Source: Mayamaea pseudoterrestris | Lineage: Eukaryota | Reading direction: 5' to 3' | Length of the DNA: 64,000 nucleotides | Assembly: GCA_027923505.1 (NCBI GenBank) | Contig: BROI01000015.1 | Span: forward strand, 124,001 to 188,000 | Part shown: in pieces, positions 62,049 through 64,000 of the stretch | Numbering within the stretch: the stretch's first letter is position 1 | Layout: each line of letters starts with the position of its first letter | Translations under genes and position numbers: made by a program | Notes under the pieces: model-generated | The model's input: the letters and a program-made list of their open reading frames with translations, nothing else | Told to the model about the DNA's origin: nothing | Databases searched by the model: none

Positions 62049-62786
62049 TTACCCCCTGTTCTTGTCGCTTTCGAGCAATGCCTTGATTTGCTTTTGCCAT
62101 TCAACTTCCTCTTGCCGCATTTCCTTGTACTTTTCATCCACGGTGCGCCTCCAATCCTCCACATTGACGCCTTCACCAGCCCACGCTGGAACGTCATCGC
62201 CGAGCCATCGCGTTAGAACAGGAACGCCAATATCTTTGCCTTGCTGCTGTCGCTCAGCAAGTAGCTTTAGCTTTTTCTTAAGTTTCTCTGTAATCACCAA
62301 AGACCGATAGAAAGATGAGCAAACAAGTTCATGCCAGCAAACGTGGACATGCCATGCATGCGAACAAAAACACGTACTTTCACCTTCGACCCAACGATTA
62401 GCTCCCTGTAGACCACCATCGGACAAAATTGAAGAGTCTCTTTCTGCAATTGGTGGCTTTTGATGTCCATGTTCGGCCCACCAGTCCATCATTTCCCTCT
62501 CCAGTTCATGCTCGGCAGCCAGTGCAGCGTTGGCAACATGTTCGGCTTCACGCTTCAGCAGATTGTCGTTCGGAGTCACCCAGTATGTAATAGCTGTCAC
62601 AATAAACGCAAGACTAATCTGTACGACAAAACGAAGATTGCTGGTGTTGGCGGCATTCTTTTTCTTCTCGTCAAAGTCACGATAATCCTTGTTGCGCCGC
62701 AATCCTGCAGCTTGAACATGACTGTGAGAAGGTGATGGCTTCTCTCGTACAGAGTCCTCGCCAGAAGCGTTTCGTGCGCGCCGCAT
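62049..62786 (-). CDS. Hypothetical type II membrane protein; exons 62786-62378 and 62287-62049
   Basis: Basic N-terminus, one TM (FVVQISLAFIVTAITYWV), helical C-terminus. Probable in-frame intron 62377-62288 restores WVEGEKKLKKKL. Confidence 0.7.
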   Translation of the reverse strand: MRRARNASGEDSVREKPSPSHSHVQAAGLRRNKDYRDFDEKKKNAANTSNLRFVVQISLAFIVTAITYWVTPNDNLLKREAEHVANAALAAEHELEREMMDWWAEHGHQKPPIAERDSSILSDGGLQGANRWVEGESTCFCSHAWHVHVCWHELVCSSFYRSLVITEKLKKKLKLLAERQQQGKDIGVPVLTRWLGDDVPAWAGEGVNVEDWRRTVDEKYKEMRQEEVEWQKQIKALLESDKNRG

Positions 62787-63129
62787 GAAATCGTTCAGGT
62801 TTCTTTTGAGCAAGCAGTTGTTGATTTAGATAGAACTGCGCGCTCTTTGAATGCAATGTAAGTCGCATCAAGAAATCTTGTGCACAACCTTTCGTCATTT
62901 AGGTCATCGCTTGCCATCAGGCGATGCTTAAGTCAGTTAGTCGCAGCGTTACCCAGAATAGGCGACGCACCGGTACTTGTGTGACAGGGAAACGGACGAC
63001 CAAACTTCCGTCACAGAAATCGTCCGCAACAACCGCCGTATCTAATTGAGTGCACATGCAACGATAGATTCATATGATTTAGTTGTAAATTTGCTTTGAT
63101 AATACTCTGCATCCAAAGGAAACCCGCAA

Positions 63130-64000
63130 ATGGCCGTAGGACCGACTCGTGAGGCCGTCCAGCAGCGTTTCAACTTTCCTCAACCTGACGCAGGGCATGC
63201 AACTGGGGTGACGAGATTTGCCGTTATGACAAGCGTAGCGCTGGTCGTCTCTGACTGTCACTTCGCGGATCGTACGGTCCGTCCGATGTCGAATCCTTGC
63301 ACTGGCTGCCGTCTTAGCTGCTTGGTTGTTTTGGACAGCGCTGAGAATCCATCGTCACGCGACGAAGCCGAAATATGGCTTAATGATCGAGTCCAAGACA
63401 TTGACAAGGTGACAATACTATTTGATAGAGAAGGGGGATTTGGTTCCATGTTGATGAATCCCAAGATTGATGCCGTATACATCATCACACCTCCAGCTTT
63501 GCAGCACGTCTGCGTCATGAAGTCGCTTGAAGCACGTAAGCATGTACTCGTCTTTGACGCAGTCTCTCAGCCCCTTGCCGAGTTTGTTCCGCAGCTTGAC
63601 TTAGCTGTAAGACAAAAGCGATTCCTTCAATCGAGTACCATGTTTGTTCACCATCATCGCGTCCAGACTTTTTTGGAATCGGTACGCGCTGATACCTTTG
63701 GAACAATCGAGTCCATCGATGTGGTGCTGTTGATTAATGAAGATGATCTAGCATTAATAGGAATTGATATGCCATTGGAGCCGGGGAACGGCTGCATTCG
63801 TCGACTCGGCCGCTTTGGTGTTCTCATGAGTCTTCTTCTGCTGACGCACACAACTGGAAGCCGACCAATTTCCGCACAAGTTTCCGAGTACGAGGGTCTG
63901 TCTGATATCCCCACGACGGCCAAGGGAAGTGTGACATTTTCGAATAACTGCAAGCTCCATTTCACCGTGTCATACTCGAATACGACGGCGCCAACTCGAC
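63130..64000 (+). CDS. Degenerate Gfo/Idh/MocA-family oxidoreductase-like protein, 3' truncated by window edge
   Basis: Manual translation is open from ATG 63130 to the end: ...MLMNPKIDAVYIITPPALQHVCVMKSLEARKHVLVFDA...TMFVHHHRV...FGTIESID...GNGCIRRLGRF. Absent from the ORF track because it has no stop in the window. Confidence 0.75.
   Translation, partial: MAVGPTREAVQQRFNFPQPDAGHATGVTRFAVMTSVALVVSDCHFADRTVRPMSNPCTGCRLSCLVVLDSAENPSSRDEAEIWLNDRVQDIDKVTILFDREGGFGSMLMNPKIDAVYIITPPALQHVCVMKSLEARKHVLVFDAVSQPLAEFVPQLDLAVRQKRFLQSSTMFVHHHRVQTFLESVRADTFGTIESIDVVLLINEDDLALIGIDMPLEPGNGCIRRLGRFGVLMSLLLLTHTTGSRPISAQVSEYEGLSDIPTTAKGSVTFSNNCKLHFTVSYSNTTAPTR

Overview
Compact eukaryotic nuclear DNA, almost certainly from a diatom (inference). 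The evidence is short GT-AG introns of about 79-153 nt, bipartite signal+ASAFAP-type plastid presequences and stramenopile-type gene families. I can support 43 protein-coding genes, two of them cut by the window edges and missing from the ORF track (NECAP at the left end, a degenerate Gfo/Idh/MocA protein at the right end). Orientation alternates almost strictly (35 of 42 neighbour pairs are on opposite strands) and intergenic gaps are very short. Most genes are housekeeping (U1-70K, RPS23, PAF1, ORC2, CNOT11, CLU, RBM22, Era, RPP30, Lon, POLE3, LipA). The standout is an intronless, bacterial-type rquA rhodoquinone-biosynthesis gene (24027-24869, minus) with a mitochondrial-type presequence, implying anaerobic fumarate respiration in a photosynthetic alga. 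Second is an unexplained, apparently structured ~240-nt element with a 15-nt motif repeated exactly 100 bp apart between two convergent genes (59313-59549), a candidate ncRNA. Other oddities include a plastid-type Hsp70 lacking its substrate-binding domain, ORC2 with an extra N-terminal module, an anchorless GT14-like enzyme and two stop-free 3n introns in adjacent genes. No transposon, rRNA, tRNA or CRISPR was recognised. All family calls come from motif recognition by eye, with no database searches.
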